Below, piece by piece: positions 12,094 through 25,479 of a DNA stretch of 64,000 nt; position 1 is the stretch's first letter; every line of letters begins with the position of its first letter. The translations under genes were made by a program, and so were the position numbers. Where the stretch lies: positions 86,164 through 150,163 of the forward strand of contig NW_026851538.1 in the NCBI RefSeq assembly GCF_026571515.1, in the 5' to 3' direction. The stretch is from Ruditapes philippinarum. Lineage: Eukaryota. The notes beneath the pieces were generated by a model. The model was not told where the DNA came from. It saw nothing but the letters and a program-made list of their open reading frames with translations, and ran no database searches.

Positions 12094-13303
12094 GTAAGTT
12101 CCTTTGTGTTTTCTGCAAAGACCATCAAAACAAGAATGCTATTTCAATGTTGCAAACCAATTCATACCATATACAGCCTTGTTTTCATTTCCACATCAAA
12201 AAATTTTCACATTTATTTCACTATGAATACTCTGTATTTCACTTGAAAAATATAAAGTTAAATAAAATAAACATACACAAATTTTATCAATGTTTTCAAA
12301 ATTCATTATTTTCAAAATGTTCCCAGGAATGGTAGACTTAACAACAGTTTTTTTCAAACGACTTGAACAGCCTTTTAAGAACGTTCTATCGGAAACTCTT
12401 ATGCGAAAACAAATTTAACCACCAAACATATAGTCCAACTTTATTATTTTCTTGATGAGAATGGAAATCGATATCAATTCTTCGTGCATTGTAGCCTTTG
12501 AAACTCGAACCATGCATTTTTCTACAACAATGCACTCAGAGTTAATATCTATTTCCTAATTAAAGTGACATTATGCCCATTTAAGTTTAAATGGTGAGTG
12601 TACAGATGCAAGTCAAAATAACATTTTGCCATTATTGCTTTCAGTTTATAATTTACTCAAGGAATAATGATAAATATCGTTAGAATGTTTTAGTAACGTT
12701 CAGTTTATAAAAAGAGTTGGGAATTCTTTTAATATTTTATGCAGGTTTTTTATCCTGAACATTTATCATCGTTGATCAATCACTTTTAAAATTTGTAGCT
12801 GATAAAGCTCAAATTTTTGTGAAAGTGACATTATGTCCATCAAGTGATATATTGTGCGTAAACAGGTGAAAGTCAAAAAAGTTTACATTTTGTCATAATG
12901 CATTAATTTAACAATTCACTTTGCATGAACGATATACAACTTGCAATCCCCAAGGACATTTCTGTAAATATCTATTGAAATTTCAATTTATTAAAAGTGT
13001 GAGGCAATCTTTTTATATTTTAGGCAGATATGTATGTTATACTAAATATTTTCCAATATCAACTATTGGTCTATCGCCATTAAAATAATAAGTCCATCTT
13101 TTGAAATACAATGTATATAGTCAATTCAGCTCAACTTGACAATGAAAAAATGAGCATAATGCCATTTTAATAAAAAAACAGAGCATAAATTGTCCCTTGA
13201 ATTAAAAGGGTATCGTAGATCTCATGGTTGCATACTATTACATAAACATTGAAGATATAAATGTATTTAGATCAGTGAGATTTCTAGGATCTATTTATTT
13301 CAG

Positions 13304-13510
13304 GTGGAAGAGTGGGAAAATTACCTTGTCTCGCATTTGAGGTGTATGATTTTTCGGAGGATTCATGGTGTAAGTTACCTGACGTGCCGTCAAAACGTGT
13401 GTTTGCAATGTACGCGGCAACAGATAAGTACATCTTCAGCATCGGAGGTTTGATACAACCAGGAAAGAAAGGTTTCTCAAATGTTTGTGAAGTCTTTGAC
13501 CTGGAAAAGG
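13304..13510 (+). CDS. KLHDC8-like exon 4 (blade 4); GGRVGKLPCLAFEVYDFSEDSWCKLPDVPSKRVFAMYAATDKYIFSIGGLIQPGKKGFSNVCEVFDLEK
   Basis: Acceptor tttatttcag|GT and donor AAGG|gtaatt, phase 1. Confidence 0.75.
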
Positions 13511-14245
13511 GTAATTTAAAACGTTTTCTTCAAGATTTTGAATTTAAGGTGACATTGTGTCCAGCTTTGGGTGAAAGGAACTGTTGGTTGTTATTTTATT
13601 TGCTTGGGAATTAAGCAAGACTGACAATTTTATAGCCTGATGTTAGTTTCCGATTTTCTTGAGGAAATAGTCCAAAGGATGTTATCTGAACTTTAAAATT
13701 TTGGTAATTCTTAGATATATTTCAGACAAAGACCATGTAATTATTTAATTAATATAGTTACCTGCAGTGAAAATGTGAAACACAAAAATTCGAATATATA
13801 ATATTATATTTTGCGTTGTTTTTATGGTTCGGTTACAGAGGTTTGATATTTGATTACATGTTTGTTAACATAGTTTAACAGATTATGTTTTGAACGGAGA
13901 CCACTGAGGTTTTTTGATAAGACGCGACTGGAATTTTGTTTTTGTAAATTTGTGTTTCATTTTATGTAGATCAGGACCATTAACATTTGTGCAAATTTTC
14001 AGACCATTTAGAAACTCCCTTTCTGTAAAATAATCAATTTAGTTGTGCAGAGTGACCTGGAAATGAAAAGATTGTCGACGTTTTTACTAAACATAGGTTA
14101 AGAATTGCACAGTGGATCTCCTTAGTTAATTAATTATATTTTTTTTCTTAATTAAACAGAGATATTTTCATATATAATTTAATTTTTTTTTATTTCAACA
14201 GGGCAATTTTGATATTTAATACTAAGGTTGTTTTTTTTTTCACAG

Positions 14246-14338
14246 AGGAATGGAAGATTGGTAAAAACTTGAGCTCCCCTCGTGGCGACTTTGCTATCGG
14301 TGTAATAGAGGACAAGGTTATTTGTGCCGGAGGATTAG
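14246..14338 (+). CDS. KLHDC8-like exon 5 (blade 5); EEWKIGKNLSSPRGDFAIGVIEDKVICAGGL
   Basis: Acceptor t-run cacag|AG and donor TTAG|gtatgc, phase 1. Confidence 0.75.
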
Positions 14339-14639
14339 GTATGCTTATTGCCTTTCTTTAGTCTTTAAAAAAAAAAACCCAGAGTGTTTATTTGTCAAGT
14401 TAATTGAGCTTAAGAGTAAACTGACTCAAATAATTTGAATATCTTAGCTTAAGTTAAATCCTGGCTTGAATTATTTTCAATCTGTTAACTTTTATAGTTA
14501 ACAGATATTAAATTATATTTTAAGTAATTTATTTGAGTTCCCAATACATTGTGCTAGCTTAAATTATTTTATTAATTCATTTGAAAATATTTTAACTATT
14601 TGAAATACTTTCTAGATTTCCGAGTGTATAAAATGATGA

Positions 14640-14830
14640 AATTAGCTCAAGATACACAACTTTTGATGGATACATAACCTAAAGACAATATAAACTTAAG
14701 TTTTACAAGTTTTAATGTATATATAACCTAAAGTCAATATAAACTTAAGTTTTGCATGTTTTGATGAATATATAATCTAAAGTCAATATAAACTTAAGTT
14801 TTGCATGTTTTGATGTATGTATTACCTAGC
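14640..14830. repeat. ~57-bp tandem repeat x3 in KLHDC8-like intron 5
   Basis: ataacctaaag(a/t)caatataaacttaagttttgcatgttttgatg(t/a)atat repeated. Confidence 0.7.
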
Positions 14831-14855
14831 CAATATAACCTTATAACTGTTACAG

Positions 14856-15112
14856 GTAATGATGGAAAACCTTTTGACACAGTGGAAATTTATAATCCAG
14901 AGACGGACACGTGGTCATTTGGTAAAAACATGTCATTGTCACATTGTTCTTGCGCGTACATAACACACCACGGGAAATTATATGTGATCGGGGGTCTCTC
15001 AGCTCAAGGTCCAACAAACTGTGTGGAATGTATAAGTTATGGGCCTTTAGACGATGATAGCAAAAGCAGGAAGACACAACCTGCTCGGGGAAAAAATAAA
15101 AAGCAATCTTAG
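14856..15112 (+). CDS. KLHDC8-like exon 6 (blade 6 plus C-terminal tail); GNDGKPFDTVEIYNPETDTWSFGKNMSLSHCSCAYITHHGKLYVIGGLSAQGPTNCVECISYGPLDDDSKSRKTQPARGKNKKQS stop
   Basis: Acceptor ctgttacag|GT, phase 1. Stop TAG at 15110-15112. Total CDS ~1101 nt (~366 aa), comparable to vertebrate KLHDC8A/B (~350 aa). Confidence 0.75.
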
Positions 15113-18100
15113 TCATTTTTATATTAAGTAGATTTTTTTTTAAATTTGATATTGTATAGTGTAAAAGTTCTGCAGCACACCCTGCTCCACACAGCATTGC
15201 CCATTCAGTGAGAATAGAAATATTTTAAATTTCCCATCTGGTTTAGAAAAATGAACAATTTTGTATTGAATAACCTAAGTAAAATTGTTTTTACAAAAAT
15301 TGTATTTTTACCCCACAGCCACTTGGACAGTGATAGACTATCAGTGATAGTTGGCTAAATCACTGCTCTTCAATCCAAAATATTTCTAAAAAAAAGTTTG
15401 TAAGTGATAAAAAAATATATTTTGATTATAGTTAGAAGGAATTCAGTAGTCTCAGAGAAAATCATGTAAGTTGGAAATTTATTGCAATATTGAAAGCATT
15501 TTGAATTAATTTTGGATTAACTTCTTGAGATACATAGTTACTACATACATATAATTTTTGGAAATTACTTATTCTTTACAAAACCCCTGTAAACGGCGCA
15601 TGGGTGGATACCTGATTACTTTAATACTTGGATTATAAACATGTTTATACAGTATGTTTTCTTTGCACACATTTACATTTTGATATTTGTTAAGGTGACA
15701 ACAGACACTTTCCGTGGTACTCACATAAATGTCATTTAAACCAACTTATTTTAGTAATAATTGTTATTTATTTAATCTTTGTGCATAAAATGTCGTTGAT
15801 TATCATAAAAAATAACATATTTGAAAAAAAATGCCTTTGTAAATGATTAATTTTTAATAAAAATCCTAAAATTTTAAGTCGTCATATCAAAGTCATTTTT
15901 TATTTTTTTGTCATCAAACTTTTGGAAAATAAACATACTTATAATATCTGGGGAACCGTGTCTCAAATTTTTTCTATCTTTTCTCAAAAAAATATTACGT
16001 AACGTCAAACATTTTATGCGACTTTTTTCACCAAACATATTACGTAATTAAAGATAATTAAGCCGCTGATTGAGCAAACAAAAATCCCCGACACGGTTCC
16101 CTCCGTAAATAAATTCCCTTTCATGTGCTTTTAACCGCATGTTAATTGCTTGATTATTAAAAAAGTTATGCCGATTCAAAGTTAGTCCGACCCGCATCAA
16201 ACGAAGTGTCATAAATCGGCTGTTCTCTCTCGGACCTCTACGTTTCACGCTAAATAATTGCATAATACACAAATATCGCACCATAGAGGGTCACAAGTTG
16301 CGGTACATACTCTAACAACATTTTATGACCCAGTGACATCTGACCAATTTAAAAGATGCTGATTAATATCAGTTTATTACAGAAATTTCTTCAAATCTTA
16401 ATGTCATTGTGATTTACCGTCCGTCTGGTATCGGTCGCACATGTCACGTGACTTTCGATAAAATTTGAGGCTCTCGATGGGGGGAAATGGAACTTATTTG
16501 CGCACTGCTAGCGGGGTATTTAATTGTTTCACTTTTGAAGTTTATTATTATTATCATCAACATTATTATTATATTATACCAGTGTCACTCTGTGTATTCG
16601 TTTATGAAATTCCGTTAAAATATAAATTAAATTAAAAAAATGAGCTTCTGACGGTCTTTTAAAGTCCATGGTATATATACAAATAAGAACGGGATATTAA
16701 ATATTTTTTCCCTCCAAATTGATATAAATGCTTAACATATTTTAATAGAAATAAAAGGTATCACTCGATCATTATGATCTGACCTTCTTAACTTCTATTA
16801 TCATGAATATCATCTATGCATCTCAGCACGGCATAGAGATCCAGTTTTAATTGGGATATACAATAAATTCCATACTTTGTCCCAGGTTTATTAGTACTGT
16901 GTGTTCGATTTATTCAAACCATTCACTGATAATATATTTTATTATCTTTTTTTTTTATTGATTCATAGAGAAATAATCATCCTTAGACAACCTAAAATGG
17001 TTTAGAAATTTGTCAGGGACACCTTACCACAAGTCATATAGGCGTTCACATTAAAAATGTTGTCTGTTTTTGTTGTTGTTTTACTTGACATTGTTAGAAA
17101 ACGAGGTTTAATGTAAAACAAGCCCTTGAATCCGTACAAAGTCCATCAGATAAACGGGACAGACAAATTATTTTCACACATTATGAATATTTTAGCAACT
17201 ATATTTTTAATCAACCCCGTGGTCGTGCGATTTGCCGCTATGCTTAATTATTTATGTTTCATACATTGTGTTACGTACATTGGCCGACAATTTCTTATTT
17301 TGTAAAAAAGGCTAAATAAAAGGTAGACGATATTCGGTATATGTACGATACATGAATTACGAGTAATATGGACCAGTATGGACCGGTAATTCACGCATAT
17401 ATGGAACTACCGATTTCCCTCATTGATGCCTCAACAGGGGGCGGAGCGTTATCGATAATTGACAGGTTACGCGAATAGCAGATAAAAATGGTACAGGTAC
17501 CGTTTTAAAACATTTAAAAACACATTTTTTGGACTAACTGCTTCCAAAATTAAATCATGAATGTGTTCAGAAAAGGTGGATAAATCTACTAAGCAAAAAA
17601 TCTCATTTTAGGTATTTTCAGTGATAATTGTCTCCGTTGTCACCTTAAAGAGGGAATTTCAAGCCAAAGTATTAACATGTGTATTATTCTTTGCCAAACA
17701 AAATAATTTGCATAAATTCTGTATGTTAAAGGAACTCCACTGAGGGTCAAAAGCCATAAAACATCTTATGTAGTTGAGCTACGGAAAGATATGCAAAAAA
17801 AAATTTAAAGAATATACTCAGAAATAAATGACAATCATATTTTTGTGCAATTTGCAGCCAATTTGAGTGAAAAGTGTTTTCAATTTTCATAATTTATCAT
17901 AATTCAAATAAGTAGTATGGGAAAAACAGACTGAGTGAATGATCTGAAAATTTGCACGCAAGTAGCTGGTCTAGACCTACATCAAATTGGACATATATCT
18001 CGAAAAAATATTTTATGTCCTATCATGGTGAAAAATGTTGGTGGAGTCCCTTTAACCAGGTGTATTCCAAGTATTTATATATCTGTTACTGTATATCTAG

Positions 18101-18116
18101 AATATTACCATTAGTG

Positions 18117-18480
18117 TTAAAGCTGCACGTCTCCAGATGAGCCAAAATAATTCAAGAAAATCAATATTGATAAAAATATACTAAAATTTTAAGAAAGGTA
18201 AAATCATTGAAGATCCAAGTTACATTTTACATGTTATGTGCGGTTTATGACAGATTTTGCAGTATTTTATCACCATATTTCTACTGCGTTTCTAACACAG
18301 TAAGGGCTGTTTTTGCATAAGTTGACCAAGTTCTGGTGATTTTCTTGGATTGTAAGTGCCGTGGGCAATATGTAAATAACTTTATTTGTTTGCCTCACAT
18401 TATTTTACTTTTAAATGCATTTCCAAAATTTTTAAAGAAAATTAACATGAATCTGGAGGCATGCTGCCTTAACTTCAAAA
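18117..18480 (+). repeat. Dispersed ~360-bp repeat, copy 2
   Basis: ttaaagctgcacgtctccagatgagccaaaataattcaag...catgaatctggaggcatgctgccttaa. A degenerate MITE-like relic follows at ~18600-18680. Confidence 0.55.
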
Positions 18481-19069
18481 TTACCTGATGATGTAAGATC
18501 TGATAATGTAAGAGTCAACCCTTCATTTGCACAATGGATTCGCAGTGCTTTGAAATTGGAACAGCCCTGGGAATTCAATCCCAAATTACAAAAAAGTGAG
18601 CTACCACCAGTATAGAGCCTGGTCAGACTGCATAGATGGCACAAATGGCCTGTCTCTGTACTGGTGGCAAAGGCTCATCATTTCTTTGTCTCTAGTAGGT
18701 TACGGGTTAAATACTCTTGTAAAAGTGTACATTTTTTTCACTGCTAAAATTTGACAAAATTATACTGGTGGTGTCACCCAAAAATGTTTTTGACCTTGTT
18801 GCTGAAAAATATTTGCTATTTTAAAGATTCTTTTTATCTGAGTGAGGGTAATTGTTTTTGTTGAAGAAAATATATATATATTTATTTATCACTTGTAAAC
18901 TGCTGCTATGTGTATGTTACTAAAATAATTATTGTGTTAGTTTAGTTATATTTTACCATTAATTTATATTATAAGAATAATAGCTGTTATATGATTCACT
19001 TATTTTCATTTGTATTGAATACTATGCACCATTTTTAGCTCGACTATTCGAAGAATATGAGAGCTATTG

Positions 19070-19125
19070 TAGTCGCCCCGGTGTCGGCGTCGGCGTCAGC
19101 GTCGGCGTCGGCGTCTGCGTTGGTT
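19070..19125. repeat. (GTCGGC)n microsatellite
   Basis: gtcggcgtcggcgtcagcgtcggcgtcggcgtctgcg. Confidence 0.85.
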
Positions 19126-19950
19126 AAAGTTTTTTGTAAAGTCAAATATCTCAATTATTACTTGAGATATTCAATTGAAACTTACAATACTTATTTATAG
19201 TAACAAGGTACATCAGATTGACAAGTTGGATAACTCTGCCTACAATATTGACAGAATTATGCCCCTTTTTAACTTAGAAATTTTGGTTAAAGTTTTTTGT
19301 AAAGTCAAATATCTCAACTATTGCTTGAGATATTCAATTGAAACTTACAATACTTATTTATAGTAACAAGGTACATCAGATTGACAAGTTGGATAACTCT
19401 GCCTACAATATTGACAGAATTATGCCCCTTTTTAACTTAGAAATTTTGGTTAAAGTTTTTTTATAAAGTCAAATATCTCAATTATTGCTTGAGATATTCA
19501 ATTGAAACTTACAATACTTTATTTATAGTAACAAGGTACATCAGATTGACAAGTTGGATAACTCTGCCTACAATATTGACAGAATTATGCCCCTTTTTAA
19601 CTTAGAAATTTTGGTTAAAGTTTTTTTGTAAAGTCAAATATCTCAATTATTGCTTGAGATATTCAATTGAAACTTACAATACTTATTTATAGTAACAAGG
19701 TACATCAGATTGACAAGTTGGATAACTCTGCCTACAATATTGACAGAATTATTGCCCCTTTGGAACTTAGAAATTTTGGTTAAAGTTTTTTTATAAAGTC
19801 AAATATCTCAATTATTGCTTGAGATATTCAATTGAAATTTAAAATACTTTTTTTATAGTAACAATGTACATCAGTTTGCAAAATTGCATAACTCTGTCTG
19901 CAAAATTTGCAGAATTATTTGCCCCTTTGAAAGTTAGAAATTTTGGTTAA
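19122..19950. repeat. ~163-bp tandem repeat x ~5
   Basis: The marker ggttaaagttttttgtaaagtcaaatatctcaa recurs at 19122, 19285, 19447, 19613, 19775. Confidence 0.85.
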
Positions 19951-20700
19951 AGGTTAAAGGTCTTCAAAGATATTTACTTGAAACTTTACACATGCACTTA
20001 GGGTCATAATTGGAGGGTCATAATTGTATGTCACTGACCAAGTTCCATAACTCTATCTTGCATTAAGGCTGATTCATATCCCCTTTTCTACTTAGTCTCT
20101 TGGTTAATGTTTACATGCAAGTTTTACATATCTCAATAACTATTAAAGATATTTATTTAAAACTTCACATATGCATTTAGGGTCATAATTGTAGGTCACT
20201 GACAAAGATCCATAATTCTATCTTGCATTTAGGCTGATTTTTCTCCCCTTTTTCAACTTAGAAATTCATGGTAAAGTTTTGCTTGTAAGCTGTTATCTCA
20301 ATAACTACTGAAGGGTTTGTGCCTTTTTTGGGACAATTTTATGCATTCATAATAATAAAGCAGTGATTTACTTGATAAAACATCTTAATAACAAGCCTTT
20401 GTACCTTTTCTGTCAAATTTATGTAGGGTCATAATTGTAGGTCACTGACAAAGATCCATAATTCTATCTTGCATTTAGGCTGATTTTTCTCCCCTTTTTC
20501 AACTTAGAAATTCATGGTAAAGTTTTGCTTGTAAGCTGTTATCTCAATAACTACTGAAGGGTTTGTGCCTTTTTTGGGACAATTTTATGCATTCATAATA
20601 ATAAAGCAGTGATTTACTTGATAAAACATCTTAATAACAAGCCTTTGTACCTTTTCTGTCAAATTTATGTATTCATAGGTAATTAGTATTATTATACTCA
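19950..20700. repeat. ~255-bp tandem repeat x ~2.7, related to the preceding array (shared ccccttttt-aacttagaaatt motif)
   Basis: 20175-20430 and 20435-20690 are near-identical. 19990-20170 is a diverged unit. Confidence 0.8.
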
Positions 20701-21083
20701 ATAAAACACCCTTGTGACATTACCTTCCGAATAGTCAAGCCAATACTGTATAATTGGCCTATAACATGAATTTATAAAAAAAATTGGCCCTTTAGTGAAC
20801 TTAAAAAATTTAACATCATGAAGGCTCTTTTACTATCAAGCACTTAGAATAGTCGAGCATGCTGTCCTACTGACAGCTCTTGTTATAAAAACAATAGTAA
20901 ATTTCTTAATTTTCTAAATTTTCTTGTTTTATTTTTTTCATATTAGGTAATAGTTTTCACTTAACTTCAATAAGTAATACACATTGTTTATTATTATTTT
21001 GTTTTATTATGTGGTTAATGCAAAATATGACTACAGTTTTTTTTATGTCTGTGAAAATAAAAGAACATACATATTCTTAATCA

Positions 21084-21250
21084 GGGCCTCTGTGGATGAG
21101 TGGTTAATGTTGCACACTTTAAAGCACTTGTGCCATACCACTGTGGGTTTGAATCCTGTTGGGGGAATTTAGAATCTTTCATGTGAGGAAGCTATCCAGC
21201 CAGCTTATGGAAGGTAAATGGTTCTACTTGGGTACATTTAAATGCCTGAT
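21084..21250 (+). mobile_element. tRNA-derived SINE, diverged copy
   Basis: gggcctctgtggatgagtggttaatg...ccactgtgggtttgaatcc (A-box and B-box-like), then the body ...tcatgtgaggaagctatccagccagcttatggaag...ggttctacttgggtac. Confidence 0.5.
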
Positions 21251-21289
21251 ATAATTCAAGAAGTGGCTGCTGTGGTCTTGATACTTGAA

Positions 21290-21790
21290 AGTTACTGTAT
21301 GACCTTTACATTGCAGATGTTGTGACCTTTACATAGCAGATGTCATGACCTTTACATTGCAGATTTCATGACCTTTACATTGTAGATGTCATGACCTTTA
21401 CTTTGTAGATGTCATGACCTTTACACTGTATATGTCATGACCTTTACTTTGTAGATGTCATGACCTTTACACTGTAGATGTCATGACCTTTACATTGCAG
21501 ATGTCGTGACCTTTACATTGTAGATGTCATGACCTTTCCATTGTAGATGTCATGACCTTTACATTGCAGATGTCATGACCTTTGTAACATAGCATATTTC
21601 ATAACCTTTACATTGTAGATGTCATGACCTTTACATTGCAGATGTCATGACCTTTGTAACCTAGCATATTTCTTAACCTTTACACTGTAGATGTCATGAC
21701 CTTTACACTGTGGATGTTGTGACCTTTGTAACATAGCATATTTCATAACCTTTACATTGCAGATGTCATGACCTTTACATTGCATACTTT
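21290..21790. repeat. 24-bp minisatellite x ~20 (gatgtcatgacctttacattgtag)
   Basis: Direct reading, with variant units (gcag/gtag, cactg/cattg). Confidence 0.9.
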
Positions 21791-22985
21791 AGTTAATATT
21801 TCAATGTGAGATTATTTGCATTTAATTTATTTGGTTTAAAAATCCTTTGTATCATAATTTCAAATCTTTAAATGCCTTAAGTCTCTATAAGTGGTAAAGA
21901 CTCAAACCCTCACCCATAACCACTCTCCCCCACATACCCTGCCCCTTTCACTTCCGATACAGCTCAAGCTCCGTCCACCAAAAATAAAAAGAAAAAAAAC
22001 ACGCAAGAGTTTAACACTTTCCTCAATTAGTAATCTTGGTTCTGGTCAGATTTCACGTATAAACAGGCAATAATGGCTGTGTTATGTCCCCCATGACCAG
22101 CCTTAATCCTGTTCATGCTTGAAATGTAAATTTTTTGAATCCCTTCATTAGTTATTGTTTATTTTCCACTTACATAATTTAAATTACAAAACGTTTGTCA
22201 TTCCATGTTTATGAAAACAATATCTCAGCAATAATCCATGTAAAAAAACTTACTAATTTTACTGTGCCATAGATTGTTATAATATTTTTTTTTTAGTTCA
22301 TCTAAGCACATGGTACTCAAGGTGAGCTATCAACCTGTGTTTGTCCTGCTGTATGTGTGTCAATAAGACATCAAAACATTTTCTTTAAAGGCCCATTATA
22401 CCACAGAAATGCTTTTATTTTTATTTCTCAAAGGTTGTTTATTTTTGGTGTAATTGAAAAGTTTCCAAAAAGTTACTCCCTGGCCAGTTACCTGAACCAT
22501 CATTTTTAGAAATGAGTACAGTTATACTATAGTGGTGTAGTATTTTGTATGGATGTCAAAAATCCTATTTTGTTTACATTTTGCTACTTTTATGACAAAT
22601 TGCTTCACATTCAATGCTACTTTCTTTGTGCAAGAAGCAAGTAACATTCTCTATAAGTATTACCTATATTTGCCCTTTCTAAAGAATGAAAAATATATTC
22701 ATTTTTGAGGGATCATGTGCCTTTAAACATATCTTCTTCTACACTGCATGCTAGACAAATATTTCCGAAACTCAGCCTGAATATTCCTGGCATGAAGCTT
22801 TTCAAGAAATTCCATTCTGTGTGAAACACCTGTTGCCATGGAAACTGGAAGAAAAAAACTTCACACCTTTGTTAAATTTACTGTCTTGGGGTGAAGATTA
22901 TTTTTCTTAAATTACTCCTTTTTAAAATTAAGACTTTCTACATGTTCTTGCATGCCATTTAATTTTGAATATTGGCCTATTTTTT

Positions 22986-24215
22986 AGCTCACCTGTCACA
23001 AAGTGACAGGGTGAGCTTTTGTGATCGCTTTTCGTCCGGCATCCGTCCGGCATCCGTCGGTCCGTCCGTAAACTTTTACTTTAAATGACATCTCCTCATA
23101 AACCACTAGGCCAATTTCATCCAAACTTCAGAGGAATGTTCCTTTGGTGGTCACCTTTAAAAAATGTTCAAAGAATTTAATTCCATGCAGAACTCTGGTT
23201 ACCATGGCAACCGAAAGAAAAAACTTTAAATATCTTCTTTTAAAAAACCCAAAGAGCTAGAGCTTAGATTTTTGGCATGAAACATCTTCTAGTGAGTGTC
23301 TACCAAGTTTGTTCAAATAAAAGCCCTGGGGTCAAAATTGGCCCCGCCCCAGGGGGTCATTGATTTTCCCTATATGCATATAGTAAAAACTTAAAAAATC
23401 TTCTTTTAAAGAACCTAAAGAGCTAGAGCTAAGATATTTAGAATGAAACATCTTCTAATGAGTGTCTACCAAGTTTGTTCAAATAAAAGCCCTGGGGTAT
23501 AAATTGGCCCCACCCCAGGGGGTCATTGATTTTCCCTATATGCATATAGTAAAAAATCTTCTTTTAAAGAACGCAAAGAGGTAGAGCTAAGATATTTAGC
23601 ATGAAACATGTTCTAATGGGTGTCTACAAAGTTTGTTCAAATAAAAGCCCTGGGGTCAAAATGGGCCCCGCCCCTGGGGGTCATTGATTTTCCTTATATG
23701 TGTATAGCAAAAACTTAAAAAATCTTCTATGAAAAAACCCAAATAGCTAGCGTTAAGATATTAAGCATGAAACATCTTCTAGTGAGTGTCTACAAAGTTT
23801 GTTCAAATAAAAGCCCTGGGGTCAAAATTGGCCCCGCTCTGGGGGTCATTGATTTTCCTTATATGTGTATGGCAAAAACTTAAAAATCTTCTTTGAAAAA
23901 ACCCAAATAGCTAGAATTTAGATATTAAGCATGAAACATCTTCTAGTAAGTATCTACAAAGTTTGCTCAAATAAAAGACCTGGGGTCAAAACTGGCCCCG
24001 CCCCAGAGGTGTCATTGTTTTTAATTATATGTGTATAGTAAAAACTTAAATAATCTTCTTTTAAAAAACCCAATGAGCTAGAGGTAAGATGTTTAACATG
24101 AAACATCTTCTTGTGGGTGTCTTCCAAGTTTGTTCAAATAAAAGCCCTTGGGTTAAAATTGGCCCTGCTGGGGGGGCCTTTATACAGGTGAGCGACCTTA
24201 GGGCCCTCTTGTTTA
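22986..24215 (+). mobile_element. Composite hairpin-headed element carrying a ~165-bp satellite array (Helentron-like), copy A
   Basis: Head agctcacctgtcacaaagtgacagggtgagct (perfect hairpin), then a (ccgtccg)n-like stretch and a ~200-bp unique part. Then 6 tandem units of ~160-165 bp (marker gtttgttcaaataaaagccctggggtcaaaattggccccgcccc at 23309, 23472, 23630, 23798, 23957, 24127). Tail caggtgagcgacc..gggccctcttg. Confidence 0.65.
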
Positions 24216-25234
24216 TTATGTTGGGAGCATTAAAATTTGGACCTTTTGAACAATATGACATGGCACTGAGTTTTGATAAAAGTTGACCTTGTGACCTCCA
24301 TTTTGCATTTTAATTTCTCCAAGAAAAAAACTGATGTATCAATTTGAGAACATTTTGATAATTAAAATAGGTAACAGGTACCATGTCAACAAAATGTATA
24401 TAATAAAATACTTAATTTACATTACAAAAATCAATGTTCAATGCATTCATGTGTTCCAAAAATATAAGTCAACCTATGAAAAATATGTTGTAAGTAAAAC
24501 ATAAAGTTACATTTTAACAAGTCAGAGACTAAAGTAAGTTTACAAAATTTCATGTCCTATAGATTTTAGAAAAAGAGTTGAAATATAAAATAAAGTTTAA
24601 CATGAGTTAAAATATAAAATAAAGTTTAACATACCTGTAGAAATACACATAGACAGAATAAGTCAAAATATATCCTTTATTGACAGTCCAAGAAATAAAT
24701 TATGACTGTCTAACCTTAAACTGTCTCTTTTATAGGTATGTTTTGGAATTGTTTGAAAAGTAAAATTAATTTATTAATGGGTTTTCACTTTGAAGTTATA
24801 AATGTCAAACACTACGAAGGAAACAAAGCTGTAATATTTTACACAACTATTATTCTGTATTGGTTTGTATTTACTCTATAAAAAACAGTCCATCTGTGAA
24901 ACAAAGAAAAGTGCTAAAAAGACCTACAGTGCTTCCTAGGCTTAAGCAAAATGTGTTAATTTAACAATATCTTAAGTATGTTTGACATGTAAAGAATGAT
25001 GGTTTCTATCCCAAAGTTTGAAGAAGTTATTACTGTTAAAATACATGGTATTTTAAGGTTTAAATTTGAAAATACAAACAAGTAAAATATAGATACAAAA
25101 ATGTACAAAATTATGCATTATGTAATATAAAAAAATAACTCATATTTGGGGTTCCTTATAATGTATTTAATTGTATTTAAAAGTAATTTATTGTGAAATT
25201 AACAAATAAAGCTATTTACATATTGCAAACGGAA

Positions 25235-25478
25235 CTTATAATCCAAGAAAATTACCAAAAAGTGGTCAACATATGCAAAGAGAGCCCTTACTGTGTTGGT
25301 AACGCTGTAGAAATATGGTGATAAAATACTGCAAAAGCAGTTGAACCACATATATGTATAACATTTTAAATATCACTTGGATCTTGAATGATTTTACTTT
25401 TCTAAAATTTTAGTACAATTTTCTCAATATTGTTTTTCTTGAAATATTTTGGCTCTCCTGCAGGCGTGCAGCTTTAAA
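25235..25478 (-). repeat. Dispersed ~360-bp repeat, partial copy 3 (inverted), abutting MITE copy 4
   Basis: Reverse complement of the first ~240 bp of copy 2 (...caatattgtttttcttgaaatattttggctctcctgcaggcgtgcagctttaa). Confidence 0.5.
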
Positions 25479-25479
25479 T

